64,000 bases of DNA from an uncultured Phycisphaerales bacterium (lineage in GTDB: Bacteria > Planctomycetota > Phycisphaerae > Tepidisphaerales > Tepidisphaeraceae), in NCBI GenBank assembly GCA_963755915.1, contig CAVWLP010000003.1, forward strand, positions 352,001 through 416,000. Reading direction: 5' to 3'. The translations under genes and the position numbers were made by a program. Under the pieces are notes generated by a model. The model made no database searches. It was not told the origin of the DNA and saw only the letters and a program-made list of their open reading frames with translations. Positions within the stretch are counted from its first letter, which is position 1. Each line of letters begins with the position of its first letter. This document shows, in pieces, positions 19,483 to 29,513 of this stretch.

Positions 19483-21021
19483 ATGAACGAAACGAAAGTT
19501 TCCAGTACGTCCGGCGGCTACGCCGAAACCGTCAAGAACACACACACGAAACTCAAACATAACGCGCTGAACTTCTGGGAGGTGAGCGCCCAGGCCATCG
19601 CCCTGATATCCCCGAGCATGACCGCGGCGCTGATCGTGCCGCTGATGTTCGCCACATCGGGCACCGCCGGCTGGCTTTGCTATCTCTTCGGCACCGTCAT
19701 GCTCCTCTTCGTCGCCATCAGCCTCAACCAGTTCGCCAAGCGATACACCTCCGCCGGCAGCATGTACGAATACACTGTCAAGGGCCTCGGCCCCAAGGTG
19801 GGCGGCGTCTCTGGATGGTCCCTCATCTTCGCTTACATGTTCATCGGAATCGCCGGCGTCACCGGCTTCACCCACTTCGCCTCCATGCTCCTCACCCAGG
19901 CCGGCGCAACCGGTTGGCTCTCCCACCCCTGGATCACCCTCTTCGCCATCTGCGTCTTCTCCTCCTGGTTCCTTGCCTATAAAGACATCACCTTCTCAAC
20001 CCTCCTGATGCTCATCCTCGAGGGCGCATCGGTCACCGTGATCATGCTTCTCGCCATCGTCGCCATCTTCAAAACCGGCGCGGTTGATACCGCCCAGCTC
20101 CACCCTATGGCCGGCCACGGCCTCTCCGACATCGGCCTCGGCGTGGTGGTCGCCATCTTCAGTCTCGTCGGCTTCGAATGCGCCACCGCCTTCGGTGAAG
20201 AAGCAAAAAAGCCCCTGGTAACCATCCCCCGCGCCGTCATCGCCAGCCTCCTCATCACCGGCGCCTTCTTCGTCTTCATCACCTACGTCGAAACCCACGC
20301 CCTCGCCAACAACAATCCCACGCTCGACCAGCTCACCGCCCCACTGACCACCCTCAGCCAAAACCTCGGCATGGGCTGGATGGGCATCGTGATTGAGTTC
20401 GGCGCAATGTTCAGCTTCTTCGCCCTGGCAATGTCCTGCCTCAACGCCGGTTCGCGAATCATCTTCAGCATGGCACGCTACGGAATCTTCCCCATCTCAA
20501 TGGGCAGCAGCCACAAGCATAACCTGACGCCCCACTTCGCTCTGGCGATCTTCGCCGTAATTCAATTCCTGATTCCCACGGCTTTCATGCTTATCGCCTA
20601 CGCCGGCGGGTGGCAGGCCGACGGCATCTGCATTCCCTACGACGCCTTCAACGCCGCCGGACTCTTCGGCGCAATGGGCTTCAGCGGCGCCTACGTTCTG
20701 ATCTCCCTCGCCACCCCCTTCTACCTCCACAAGATCGGCGAGCTGAAAGCCTGGCACATCGTCGTCTGCGTCCTCGCCGAACTCCTCCTCATCGTCCCCA
20801 TCGTCGGCCTCGTCTATCCGGTGCCCCCCTTCCCCGCCAATGTTCAGCCCTACGTCTACGGCGGCTACCTCGTCATCGGCATCATCCTCGTCCTGATCCG
20901 CAGCCGCAGCGGCAAGGAAATCGACGAGATCCGCAAAGTCCTCGACGTCTCCACCGCCGTACCGGCCAAGCCCCTCGACGACGCCGCCATGCCCGCGGAT
21001 GGATCGCCGGCCATCGCATGA
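19483..21021 (+). CDS. APC-family amino acid/amine permease
   Basis: About 12 TM helices; AGSMYEY and FSLVGFECATAFGEEAK motifs; GGAG SD before ATG 19483. Confidence 0.9.
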   Translation: MNETKVSSTSGGYAETVKNTHTKLKHNALNFWEVSAQAIALISPSMTAALIVPLMFATSGTAGWLCYLFGTVMLLFVAISLNQFAKRYTSAGSMYEYTVKGLGPKVGGVSGWSLIFAYMFIGIAGVTGFTHFASMLLTQAGATGWLSHPWITLFAICVFSSWFLAYKDITFSTLLMLILEGASVTVIMLLAIVAIFKTGAVDTAQLHPMAGHGLSDIGLGVVVAIFSLVGFECATAFGEEAKKPLVTIPRAVIASLLITGAFFVFITYVETHALANNNPTLDQLTAPLTTLSQNLGMGWMGIVIEFGAMFSFFALAMSCLNAGSRIIFSMARYGIFPISMGSSHKHNLTPHFALAIFAVIQFLIPTAFMLIAYAGGWQADGICIPYDAFNAAGLFGAMGFSGAYVLISLATPFYLHKIGELKAWHIVVCVLAELLLIVPIVGLVYPVPPFPANVQPYVYGGYLVIGIILVLIRSRSGKEIDEIRKVLDVSTAVPAKPLDDAAMPADGSPAIA

Positions 21022-21031
21022 TGTTGAATTC

Positions 21032-21120
21032 AATCTCAAATCTCGAATTTGAAATTTGAGATTTCCGGCCGTCTCGGCCGACGCGCGATCAAGGCAAATG
21101 GACGCGCTCGGCCGAGACGG
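21032..21120. repeat. Two adjacent inverted repeats between convergent genes (heptamer-based hairpin and REP-like hairpin)
   Basis: AATCTCAAAT...ATTTGAGATT (21032-21063) and CCGTCTCGGCCGA...TCGGCCGAGACGG (21069-21120). Confidence 0.65.
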
Positions 21121-21135
21121 GGAGAGTGACAAAAA

Positions 21136-23409
21136 TCACTCCCCCCATCCCGCCCACGCCGTCCGCAACACCGCTTCGACGTTCCGCGCAAACCGTTTCG
21201 CATCGCACAGCGGCGACGCCACCATCCGCGCCCGCAGATTTCTCCGCACCTCCGCAAGCCGCGGCAAATCCCCCGCCGTCTTCACCGCGATCTCCACAAA
21301 TTCCTCCTCCGTTCCCGCCGCCAATTCCCCCATCCCCAGATTGCTCAACTGGCTAAACCCCGCCCGCCCCACCGTGGTCTTCCCAACCAGCGTCACAATC
21401 GGCACCCCCATCCACAGCGACTCCAATCCCGTCGAGTGGCTGTTATACGGAAACGTGTCCAGCCCAAGATCGATCCGGCCAAACAGCCGCAAATACTCCG
21501 CCCTCGCCCGTCTCCCCGCAAACTCAATCCGCGACCCTTCAACCCCCCACTCCGCGAATCTTCCCAGGATTCTTTCCCGTACCTCCCCTTGAAGCGCCAA
21601 CATCAACAGCCGCGAATTCGGCACCCGCCCCAAAACCTTCCCCCACAGCTCCAGCGCCTGCTCGTTCATTTTGAACGGCACATTCAGACTCCCAAACGTC
21701 ACATACCCCGCCCGCAACGCCGGCAATTCGTTCACCTCATACCCGTGCGCCACCTCCATTGCCTCCGGATCAAAACACCAGAAACTATCCGCCACCCGCA
21801 GCACCCGCTCTGAACCACCCTTCTCTTCTCTTTCCCCCGGATCCAAATATGGATCGCTGATCCGGTAATCGATCGTCTTCAATCCCGTCCCCCCCGGGTA
21901 CCCCGCAAAGGTCATCTGCACTGGCGCCGGCTTACGTGCAAAGACCAGCAGCCGATGGTTAACCGTATGCAGCGCCAGATCGATCAGAACATCAATCCGA
22001 TCCTCCCGAATCCGCTGCGCCGCCGCCGCATCGCTCATCTCCCCGATCTCAACCCAATGCTCCGCATACGATTTAAATTTCTCCGTCATCACCCCCGGCC
22101 CCGCATGGTTCGAGTAACAAAAAACTTCGAATTCCCCACGATCATGCTCACGGATCAGCGGCAGCACGTTTCGCCCCACAACATGGGCACTAAAATCCGC
22201 CGAAACATACCCGATCCTCAGCCGCCGATTCGCGTCTCGATTGTTGACATGCGGAACGATCGCCGATCGCAGCGGCTGCGCATATCGCTCGTCCCAATCC
22301 GACTCCAGCCGCCGAATCGAATCGGCATCCATACCCGGATGATAAAAAGAGGTAAGAATCAAGCTGCTGCCAATGTACGGATCTTTCGGGTCAAGCTCCT
22401 GAGCCCGCGAAAACGCCGCCATCGCCTGATCAAATTCTCCCAAATCGCGCAACGCCAGCCCCAGCCCATGATGATTATTCGCGGATCCGGGCGCCAGCGC
22501 GACGGCCTTCCGACACGCCTCCACCGCCTCGTCACACCGGTCCAGCGTCGACAGAATTCTCCCCAGCGTCGCCAGCAGATCGGCATCGTCAGGCTGAATC
22601 TCGACCGCCTTCTGCAATTGTTCCAGCGCCTCTTCCCGCTTCCCCTCTTCAAGCAGCAGCCCGCCCAGATGCCCGCGGGCGACGGCCGAATTCGGCTCCA
22701 TCGCCACCACCTTCCTGAACTGCTCAATCGCTTCCCCTCTTTGTCCCGCCTTCGCAAGCGCCCCACCCAGGTTCATCAAAATCACCGGCGACTGAAGATT
22801 GGCCGATGCCTTACGATACGCCGCGATTGCCCCCTCCCGATTCCCCAGTTTCAACAGCACGCTTCCATAGTTCGTGAGAATCTCCGCCGACTCCGGCAAC
22901 TGCGCCACCGCCTTTTCGTAAATCGCCCGCGCCCCTTCGAGATCCCCCTTCTGAACCCGGAGCTGGGCCAAACCAATCCACGCATCCCGCCGCCGCGGCT
23001 GGACCTTCAGCGATTTCTCATATTCCGCCGCCGCTTCCTCCCCGCGCCCGATCTGCGAAAGCAGCGTCGCCGCCCCCAGATATGCATCACTATCCTCAGG
23101 CCGAAGCCGCGCCGCCGCGCGATACGAATCGACCGCTTCCTGCGTCTTTCCCGACGCCGCAAGCACTCGCGCGAGGTTCTTATGAAAGTCCGGCACGTCC
23201 GGCGCAAAAACGATCGCCCGCCGGATCAGTTGTTCCGCCGACGCGTTGTCCCCGCGCTGATGGAAAACCAATCCCAGCAGGTGCAGAACCACGGGATCAC
23301 CCGGCCGCTGCGCGAGGATATCGCGGTAAATCCGCTCCGCTTCGGCAAGCTGTCCCCCCTGATGCAGCTTTACTGCGCCGGCAAGCCTCGGATCGGCGGC
23401 GGGGATCAT
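21136..23409 (-). CDS. TPR-repeat O-GlcNAc transferase/SPINDLY-like protein (GT41)
   Basis: About 10 TPRs followed by RIGYVSADF..H, IDVLIDL, KPAPVQ and DLGLDTFPYN motifs. Confidence 0.9.
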   Translation of the reverse strand: MIPAADPRLAGAVKLHQGGQLAEAERIYRDILAQRPGDPVVLHLLGLVFHQRGDNASAEQLIRRAIVFAPDVPDFHKNLARVLAASGKTQEAVDSYRAAARLRPEDSDAYLGAATLLSQIGRGEEAAAEYEKSLKVQPRRRDAWIGLAQLRVQKGDLEGARAIYEKAVAQLPESAEILTNYGSVLLKLGNREGAIAAYRKASANLQSPVILMNLGGALAKAGQRGEAIEQFRKVVAMEPNSAVARGHLGGLLLEEGKREEALEQLQKAVEIQPDDADLLATLGRILSTLDRCDEAVEACRKAVALAPGSANNHHGLGLALRDLGEFDQAMAAFSRAQELDPKDPYIGSSLILTSFYHPGMDADSIRRLESDWDERYAQPLRSAIVPHVNNRDANRRLRIGYVSADFSAHVVGRNVLPLIREHDRGEFEVFCYSNHAGPGVMTEKFKSYAEHWVEIGEMSDAAAAQRIREDRIDVLIDLALHTVNHRLLVFARKPAPVQMTFAGYPGGTGLKTIDYRISDPYLDPGEREEKGGSERVLRVADSFWCFDPEAMEVAHGYEVNELPALRAGYVTFGSLNVPFKMNEQALELWGKVLGRVPNSRLLMLALQGEVRERILGRFAEWGVEGSRIEFAGRRARAEYLRLFGRIDLGLDTFPYNSHSTGLESLWMGVPIVTLVGKTTVGRAGFSQLSNLGMGELAAGTEEEFVEIAVKTAGDLPRLAEVRRNLRARMVASPLCDAKRFARNVEAVLRTAWAGWGE

Positions 23410-23522
23410 CTCGGTCCTTCTTTCTCAATTGCGCCTTTGATGCGCACATCAAATTCAATGTTGTATGGCCTGTGCGATGATATAATGCATCCAGCAGCTT
23501 GCGAAATCCGGGAGACAACATA

Positions 23523-23825
23523 GTGATTGCCAATGCACCGCTCATAAAAAACGTGAAGCCCGTGGCTCCGGAATTGTTGTCCGGCGATCTGATCCGCCAG
23601 GGCCATCCCTTCTTTGGGATCATCTGGATCAACCCCGAGAGACTCAGCGGCGCGCCGTGTTTCTATGGAACGCGGGTTCCAATTAGAAATCTTTTTGATT
23701 ACATTGAGGGCGGATCGACGCTGAATGAATTCGTTGAAGGCTTTCCCGGCGTCAGCCATGAGCAGGCTGTCGCCGTGCTGGAAATCGCCCGATCGGGTTT
23801 GCTGGCGAAACTTCCCAGACGATGA
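23523..23825 (+). CDS. DUF433-family antitoxin
   Basis: PERLSGAPCFYGTRVP...LNEFVEGFPGV motif; ATGA coupling to the PIN gene. Confidence 0.88.
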   Translation: MIANAPLIKNVKPVAPELLSGDLIRQGHPFFGIIWINPERLSGAPCFYGTRVPIRNLFDYIEGGSTLNEFVEGFPGVSHEQAVAVLEIARSGLLAKLPRR

Positions 23826-24175
23826 AGATCCTGCTTGACCATTGTATTGATTGGCGACTTAAGGGGTCGCTGCCAAAGCACAAGGTCAACTCGGCACAGG
23901 AAATGGGTTGGGAGGGACTGAAAAACCGAAAACTCCTCAGCACTGCCGCAACGGACTTCGACGTGATGATCACTGTCGATCAGAGCATCAAACATCAGCA
24001 AAACATCGATCGCCTGCCCATTGCAGTGCTGGCTCTGATCGCCCATTCGAACCGGCTTGAAGATGTTAAGAGACTCATACCCATGATTGAGGCTTGCCTG
24101 CCAAACCTAAAGAAGGGATCACTCGTCCAAATCGATGCGGCTCTGAACGCAGTTGTCATAGCGCCTGGGCGTTAG
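23822..24175 (+). CDS. DUF5615/PIN-like toxin (VapC45-like)
   Basis: MKILLDHC, GWEGLKN..LL and ITVD motifs. Confidence 0.85.
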   Translation: MKILLDHCIDWRLKGSLPKHKVNSAQEMGWEGLKNRKLLSTAATDFDVMITVDQSIKHQQNIDRLPIAVLALIAHSNRLEDVKRLIPMIEACLPNLKKGSLVQIDAALNAVVIAPGR

Positions 24176-24304
24176 GACCGCGAGCAGTTCTTTTGGCTCC
24201 GCGGAAAATCGAGTGACCCGCCCCGCCGCTTAAAAATATGTTTGACATTACCGCCGCGACAAAGACGATGTCGGGTTGCCCGTCATTAGGAAGGCAGGTA
24301 ACCC

Positions 24305-24772
24305 ATGGGTAAATTATTGCAATCGGGAGCAGCCGCTCCGGATTTCACGCTTCCGGTAACCCCCGACCAGAAACTTTCCCTCCGCGAGCTGCGCGGCAGA
24401 CCCGTCATTCTTGCTTTTTATCCGGCCGATTGGAGCCCCGTTTGCGGCGACCAGATGTCCCTCTACAACGAAATTCTGTCCGAGTTCAAAAAGCACAACG
24501 CCGAGCTCCTGGGCATTTCCGTCGACGGCGTCTGGTGCCACGACGCCTTCTCCAAGGACCGCCATCTTCATTTTCCGCTCCTGGCTGATTTCGAGCCCAA
24601 AGGCCTGGTCGCCCGGTCGTATGGGGCCTATCGCGAGCCGGAAGGCGAATGCGAGCGAGCCCTTTTCGTCATCGACGCGCAGGGCCAGATCGCCTGGAGC
24701 TATCGCTCTCCCGTGGCCGTCAATCCCGGAGCCGACGGAATCCTAAGTGCCTTGGAATCCCTCAAAAAGTAA
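24305..24772 (+). CDS. Peroxiredoxin (AhpC/TSA family)
   Basis: FYPADWSPVC, LLADF and ERALFVID motifs. Confidence 0.88.
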   Translation: MGKLLQSGAAAPDFTLPVTPDQKLSLRELRGRPVILAFYPADWSPVCGDQMSLYNEILSEFKKHNAELLGISVDGVWCHDAFSKDRHLHFPLLADFEPKGLVARSYGAYREPEGECERALFVIDAQGQIAWSYRSPVAVNPGADGILSALESLKK

Positions 24773-24784
24773 GGAACCCTAGCC

Positions 24785-25309
24785 ATGCTGACCATCCCCG
24801 TTGGACCCGACGATCACTTTCAGGGCGACCCCAAAGCCACCGTGGTGCTCGTCGAATACGGCGACTACGAATGCCCGCATTGCGGCAGGGCATACCCAAT
24901 CGTGAAGCGCGTCCAGAAACATCTCGGCCCGAAGCTGAAGTTTGTCTTCCGAAATTTCCCCTTGAACGAGATCCATCCCAACGCCGAGATCGCCGCCGAG
25001 ACGGCGGAGTTCGCCGGCGCAGGCGGAAAATTTTGGGAAATGCACGATGCGATCTTTGATCACCAGCAATCCCTCAGCGAGGACGTTCTCGTCGAACTGG
25101 CGGGAAAATTCCACCTGCCCAAGCAGGGCTTAGCCGAAGCCCTTGAGGAAGGCACGTTTCGCGAGCGCGTCCGAGCCGATTTCATCGGCGGCGTCCGCAG
25201 CGGCGTCAACGGAACCCCAACTTTCTTCATCAACGGCGAGCGACACGAAGGCCCGTTCGATTACGAAACGCTGGTGGCCGCCATCGAATCGCGCCTCAAG
25301 CCCGCATGA
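24785..25309 (+). CDS. DsbA-family thioredoxin-fold protein
   Basis: EYGDYECPHC, FRNFPL and GVNGTPTFFING motifs. Confidence 0.9.
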   Translation: MLTIPVGPDDHFQGDPKATVVLVEYGDYECPHCGRAYPIVKRVQKHLGPKLKFVFRNFPLNEIHPNAEIAAETAEFAGAGGKFWEMHDAIFDHQQSLSEDVLVELAGKFHLPKQGLAEALEEGTFRERVRADFIGGVRSGVNGTPTFFINGERHEGPFDYETLVAAIESRLKPA

Positions 25310-25470
25310 TTTTTGTCTCTTGCCAGGCAAAACCTGCAAAATCGAAACTCGAATCCCGTCGCGCCGGGAGAAATTCGAAATTCGAATTTCCCCTAAGCGA
25401 AATCAGAATGCTGAATTCTCGCTAAAATTGGTGTAGAATTGGGGAGGCAGTAAAAAAAAGAAGAAGCCCC

Positions 25471-25806
25471 ATGACGATTCCTGTCGAACAACTTGGCGAG
25501 CGGCTTACCAAGGCCTTAGAGACACAACAGCAAAACGAGGCCATTGAGCTGACCAAAAACGACGACATCGTCGCCTGGGTCGTGCCGGTGCCGCAAAAAA
25601 TAAACGATAATTCACAGGGGGAAATCGTTTTCTCCGTGGAACAACCATCCGGACGCCGACTGACGGTGCACGTTGAGATTAAGTTAGACTCTTCCAGAAC
25701 TGATAAAAGTACTTCCATTCCTGTATTCGGCGCCGGCCGCGGAACACTTTCGATCGTCAGCGAGGATGAGGAGCATTTGAATGACTTCCAGGAGTACATG
25801 AAGTGA
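25471..25806 (+). CDS. Phd-like/DUF2281-tail antitoxin
   Basis: Phd-like N-terminus; C-terminal FGAGRGTL..SEDEEHLNDFQEYM; stop overlaps a vapC start. Confidence 0.65.
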   Translation: MTIPVEQLGERLTKALETQQQNEAIELTKNDDIVAWVVPVPQKINDNSQGEIVFSVEQPSGRRLTVHVEIKLDSSRTDKSTSIPVFGAGRGTLSIVSEDEEHLNDFQEYMK

Positions 25807-25976
25807 ATCTTCTCCTGGATACGCAGGCGTGGCTGTGGTTTCATCTCGGAAATGCGCGGTTGAGGCAGAAAGCGAAACCCGGACCTGTCCTGTCTTCCGA
25901 ATTTGATTTAGCAGAGCGGCGGCGTACGGTAGTGAAATGCTGCAGACGGTGCATGGCAGGCTCGGGTCCAACATAA
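25803..25976 (+). pseudogene. Truncated VapC/PIN toxin (N-terminal ~25 codons only)
   Basis: GTG-NLLLDTQAWLWFHLGNARLRQKAK then unrelated sequence; stop after 57 codons. Confidence 0.75.
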
Positions 25977-26761
25977 TTGCGCCGAGCGGATCGATCGACC
26001 TCTACGTTTTCATTGATGCCGGTGGGCGCAAGTCTGAAACGTGTCTGGGGCGGCGTCGCCTGCCTAAACGCGAACGAGGTTTCGTGGATTGATACTGAGC
26101 TCTCCCGACTCCGCTCGCTTCTTCCTGGTTCGCTTACTCAGAGCGGCGAACTAAAAGGCAAGGACGTTCCGACACAACTCGCTCAGGAGATCGGCCGTAG
26201 AATCCGTCAGCAGGACCGTAGGATTCTCTTTTGGGCGAACTTGTATCCTGAGTTTGATGGGCCGGAGTTGATCGAACTGAGGCGCAGCTTTCGGAGTTCC
26301 TGCAGAATTTGCGTCCTGATCCCAACAATCTTGAGCGTTCGGAAATTGAAGCATGGCATGCAGACATGCGGGATTACTTCGATCGACTTCGGGAGATCAA
26401 CGGCCACAAAGTCATCTCAATAGTGGGGCAAATGATTTGGTTGTGTAACGAAATTAAGAGGGTAAAACTTGGACCTCAACTTCGCTCGGCGCGTGTGCTA
26501 ATTGACGAAGAGAATCTGCCCACTTCGGGGCGCACCAACCGATTCATAACTGGGTTTGTCGCGGCAGGTCTCCAGCACGCGGGAATGTCCTTTCGCCGGA
26601 CCGGCGGCTGCTTCAGGCGTATAAATACTGGCGGGTGTCATGTGAGTGTGGACGCATCCGCGAAATCTGATGAGCATTCCGGACTTCAGTATGTAGACAT
26701 TCTGCTCCAAGTCGTCCAGCGGCAACTGCCCGGATTCGCGACGAAGAAAAACGGAACGTAA
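25937..26761 (+). CDS. DUF3800-like RNase H-fold protein, reconstructed across two frameshifts (~26035, ~26295)
   Basis: LYVFIDAGG at the N-terminus, ELKG, VLIDEE and C-terminal SDEHSGLQYVDIL, spread over three ORF segments. Confidence 0.55.
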
Positions 26762-26949
26762 ATCTAGCGAAAAGAACGAATGGATCGGTCTACGGACGAA
26801 CCGTCGGCTACTTTACACTGCTCCATTCAGATCACCTTCCGAAGGTCTCGGTCGGCACCGGAGCCCCGCGTTTTTAGGCAGAGTCTTGGAGCTGAAAGAT
26901 CTCGACTGTCTACAGAACGGTGGTCCTACTATCGGAAGAACACTCGCTC

Positions 26950-26975
26950 CATCACCGATTGGCCAATGGGTGATG
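26950..26975. repeat. 26-bp near-perfect palindrome between convergent islet genes
   Basis: CATCACCGATTGGCCAATGGGTGATG, one mismatched pair. Confidence 0.7.
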
Positions 26976-27005
26976 CTCCTATTCGTTTCAGTAAAACGCT
27001 AGCAA

Positions 27006-28145
27006 TTAGAGGGCTGGTAGTGTTCCTTCCTCGGCGAATTTAGACACGCGAATTACGGAAAACACCACGGCGGAAACCGCCAATTGCTTGGCTGTGTCAT
27101 TATAAAGATTAAGAGCGTCATCGATTACGTGCGCAGATTGTTCCTTAGCCTGACAGTAAGATAGCACGCGATGCCGATTCGCTCGGCGCGAGTGCCAGCC
27201 CCAGTCATCGCGCAGACAATCGTCTATCAACCAATTTAGCGCTGTGACGTTCTCCATCTGGCCTGGAAACTGGGCGCTAAATCGCACCCTGGTACTCTCG
27301 TACGCTGCGGCCGCGGCAGGGTTGTATGCGAGCATCGCGCACATTCTCTGATCCAACTGACCCTGAACCTGATTTTGCCATCGTCTCATAGAGCTTTCCA
27401 AAACCAAGACCAGGTCGCCGAGCGCCTGCATACGAAGGTGACGACTTGCAGTGTTGTCCGGTATGACCTGCAGGGCGGCAAAGCGCTGCAGGCTTACAAC
27501 TATTTGCAGCGCATCGGTCAACCTTCTTGACGCCCAATCCAAAACACTGATGTACTCTGATTTTGAAAGGGCAATTCCCGTCAATTCGCCGTAGGCGGTT
27601 CCCCAGACATTGGCGCTCGCGAGCCACGCGCATAAGGGGTCGACTAGTATTTTCGAAGATAATTCATTTGCGCCCACTAATACGCAATGCGCAGGCCCGC
27701 GCCCGGAAGCCTCATCCTCTATACCGGCCTCCGCTATAAAAGTTACGGCCCTCTCGAAGTCACCTGCGGCGAAGAACGCCAACCCCACGTTAAATATCGG
27801 CGCACCCTTATGAATTCTCCTTCCCGCCGCAACCTCGGTCTCCCGCGTTTTCTGCGCCAGTTGGCCTAGCCAAAGCGCGACGCTCCTCTGTGGAATTAAT
27901 CTATCACAGCAGAAGACAACGTACCAATTGAACGGCTGGAATATGTCATCGTCACTTCCTTGAAATGCGCCCGTAGACCACATTAGTAGATTTTCTGCGA
28001 CCAATCCGGCGACTTGTTCCTCAAGGCACTCGATCCAGCATTCCACCCTTTCCTGGGCCTCATCAACCGAGGTGAAGGATTCTGAATTTTTCCAAGCCTC
28101 CGGGTCCGCCGACTGCGACCCGCTGCCTTCATAACTATTGGACAT
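27006..28145 (-). CDS. Hypothetical helical protein with TPR-like segment and possible C-terminal HEPN-like motif
   Basis: 379-aa ORF with atypical codon usage; HKGAPIFNVGLAFFAAGDFERA; alternative frame near 27130-27205 reads IGIACYLTVRLRNNL. Confidence 0.65.
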   Translation of the reverse strand: MSNSYEGSGSQSADPEAWKNSESFTSVDEAQERVECWIECLEEQVAGLVAENLLMWSTGAFQGSDDDIFQPFNWYVVFCCDRLIPQRSVALWLGQLAQKTRETEVAAGRRIHKGAPIFNVGLAFFAAGDFERAVTFIAEAGIEDEASGRGPAHCVLVGANELSSKILVDPLCAWLASANVWGTAYGELTGIALSKSEYISVLDWASRRLTDALQIVVSLQRFAALQVIPDNTASRHLRMQALGDLVLVLESSMRRWQNQVQGQLDQRMCAMLAYNPAAAAAYESTRVRFSAQFPGQMENVTALNWLIDDCLRDDWGWHSRRANRHRVLSYCQAKEQSAHVIDDALNLYNDTAKQLAVSAVVFSVIRVSKFAEEGTLPAL

Positions 28146-28457
28146 TACAGCTCCAGTTCGATTTCTAGATCATAGCACCTAGCTGGTCAAATCTAGCCCA
28201 AACCTTGCTGACCAGCGTCCCCATTGACCATTCGTTAAAATTCCATCTATTCGGGGCGGCATGACAATGAACCCTTGCCTCTCCCTCCGATCAACTTCCT
28301 CTTCGCGATTAATCAATCATTGGCATCCTTTGTGGACAATTTAGAACAAAAATGCGCGATTTAGCCATACCCAGATTGCCCATCTTACCCAGCTTGTTGC
28401 GGACTGTTACCTTTTGTACCCAATGCCCTGGCGCCAAAAAAATCATCGGAACACCCC

Positions 28458-28506
28458 TTCACACTTTCATACGTTCACACTTTTCACACCTTCACACTTT
28501 CCCACC
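28458..28506. repeat. Degenerate tandem repeat of TTCACAC(T/C)
   Basis: ttcacact ttcatacg ttcacact tttcacac cttcacac tttcccac. Confidence 0.7.
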
Positions 28507-28528
28507 CGAATAGTAGCATCCCCCCTCC

Positions 28529-29513
28529 ATGACCTACGTCCGTCTCGGCAACACCGGCCTAAAAGTCTCCCGAATCTGCCTCGGCTGCATGAGCTACGGA
28601 ATCCCCGAGCGCGGCAACCACCCCTGGACCCTCGGCGAAGAACAAACCCGCCCCTTCATCAAAAAAGCCCTCGACCTCGGCATCAACTTCTTCGACACCG
28701 CCAACGTCTATTCCGACGGCACCAGCGAAGAAATCGTCGGCAAGCTCCTCAAGGAAATGTCCCCGCGCCATTCGATCGTCCTGGCGACGAAGGTTCATGG
28801 CCGGATGCATCCCGATGCCAACGGCGCGGGCCTCGGCCGCAAGGCGATCATGCAGGAGATCGACGCAAGCCTGAAGCGGCTCCAGATGGATTATGTCGAT
28901 CTCTACCAGACGCACCGCTGGGATTACGAAACCCCCATCGAGGAGACGCTAGAGGCCCTGCACGACGTGGTGAAAGCCGGCAAGGCGCGCTACATCGGCG
29001 CCAGCAGCATGTTCGCCTGGCAGTTCGCCAAGGCGCTTTACCTTGCCGACCAGCACGGCTGGACGCGCTTCGTCTCGATGCAGAACCATTACAACCTGAT
29101 CTATCGCGAAGAAGAGCGCGAGATGATGAAGCTCTGCGCCGATCAGGGCGTCGGCGTAATCCCCTGGAGCCCCCTGGCGCACGGCCGCCTGACCCGCCCC
29201 TGGGCCCTGCGCTCAATCCGATCGCGCCGGCAAAGACGAATTCGGCAAAGGTTTGTATGCAAAATCGGAGGAGTCCGATCGCCACGTCGTCGATGCCGTC
29301 GAGCAGGTCGCGAAAAACCGCGGCGCACGAATGTCGCAGATCGCGCTGGCGTGGCACTTTGCCAAGGGATATATAACGTCGCCGATCATCGGCGCGACTA
29401 AGCCCAATCATCTCGACGACGCCATCGCGGCCGAGCCGTTGAAATTGACGGATGAAGAAGTGGCGGCAGTGGAGAAGCCATACGAGCCGCACGGGGTTCA
29501 GGGGTTTTCATGA
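28529..29513 (+). CDS. Aldo/keto reductase (frameshift near 29200)
   Basis: GLKVSRICLGCM, FDTANVYS, DLYQTHRWD and PWSPLA motifs; C-terminal part SPIIGATKPNHL in another frame. Confidence 0.9.

Noticed and set aside
28458-28506. Short tandem repeats here and at 39992-40096 and 43244-43273 as CRISPR arrays
   Set aside because: Units are 7-10 bp with no unique spacers, and there are no cas genes.
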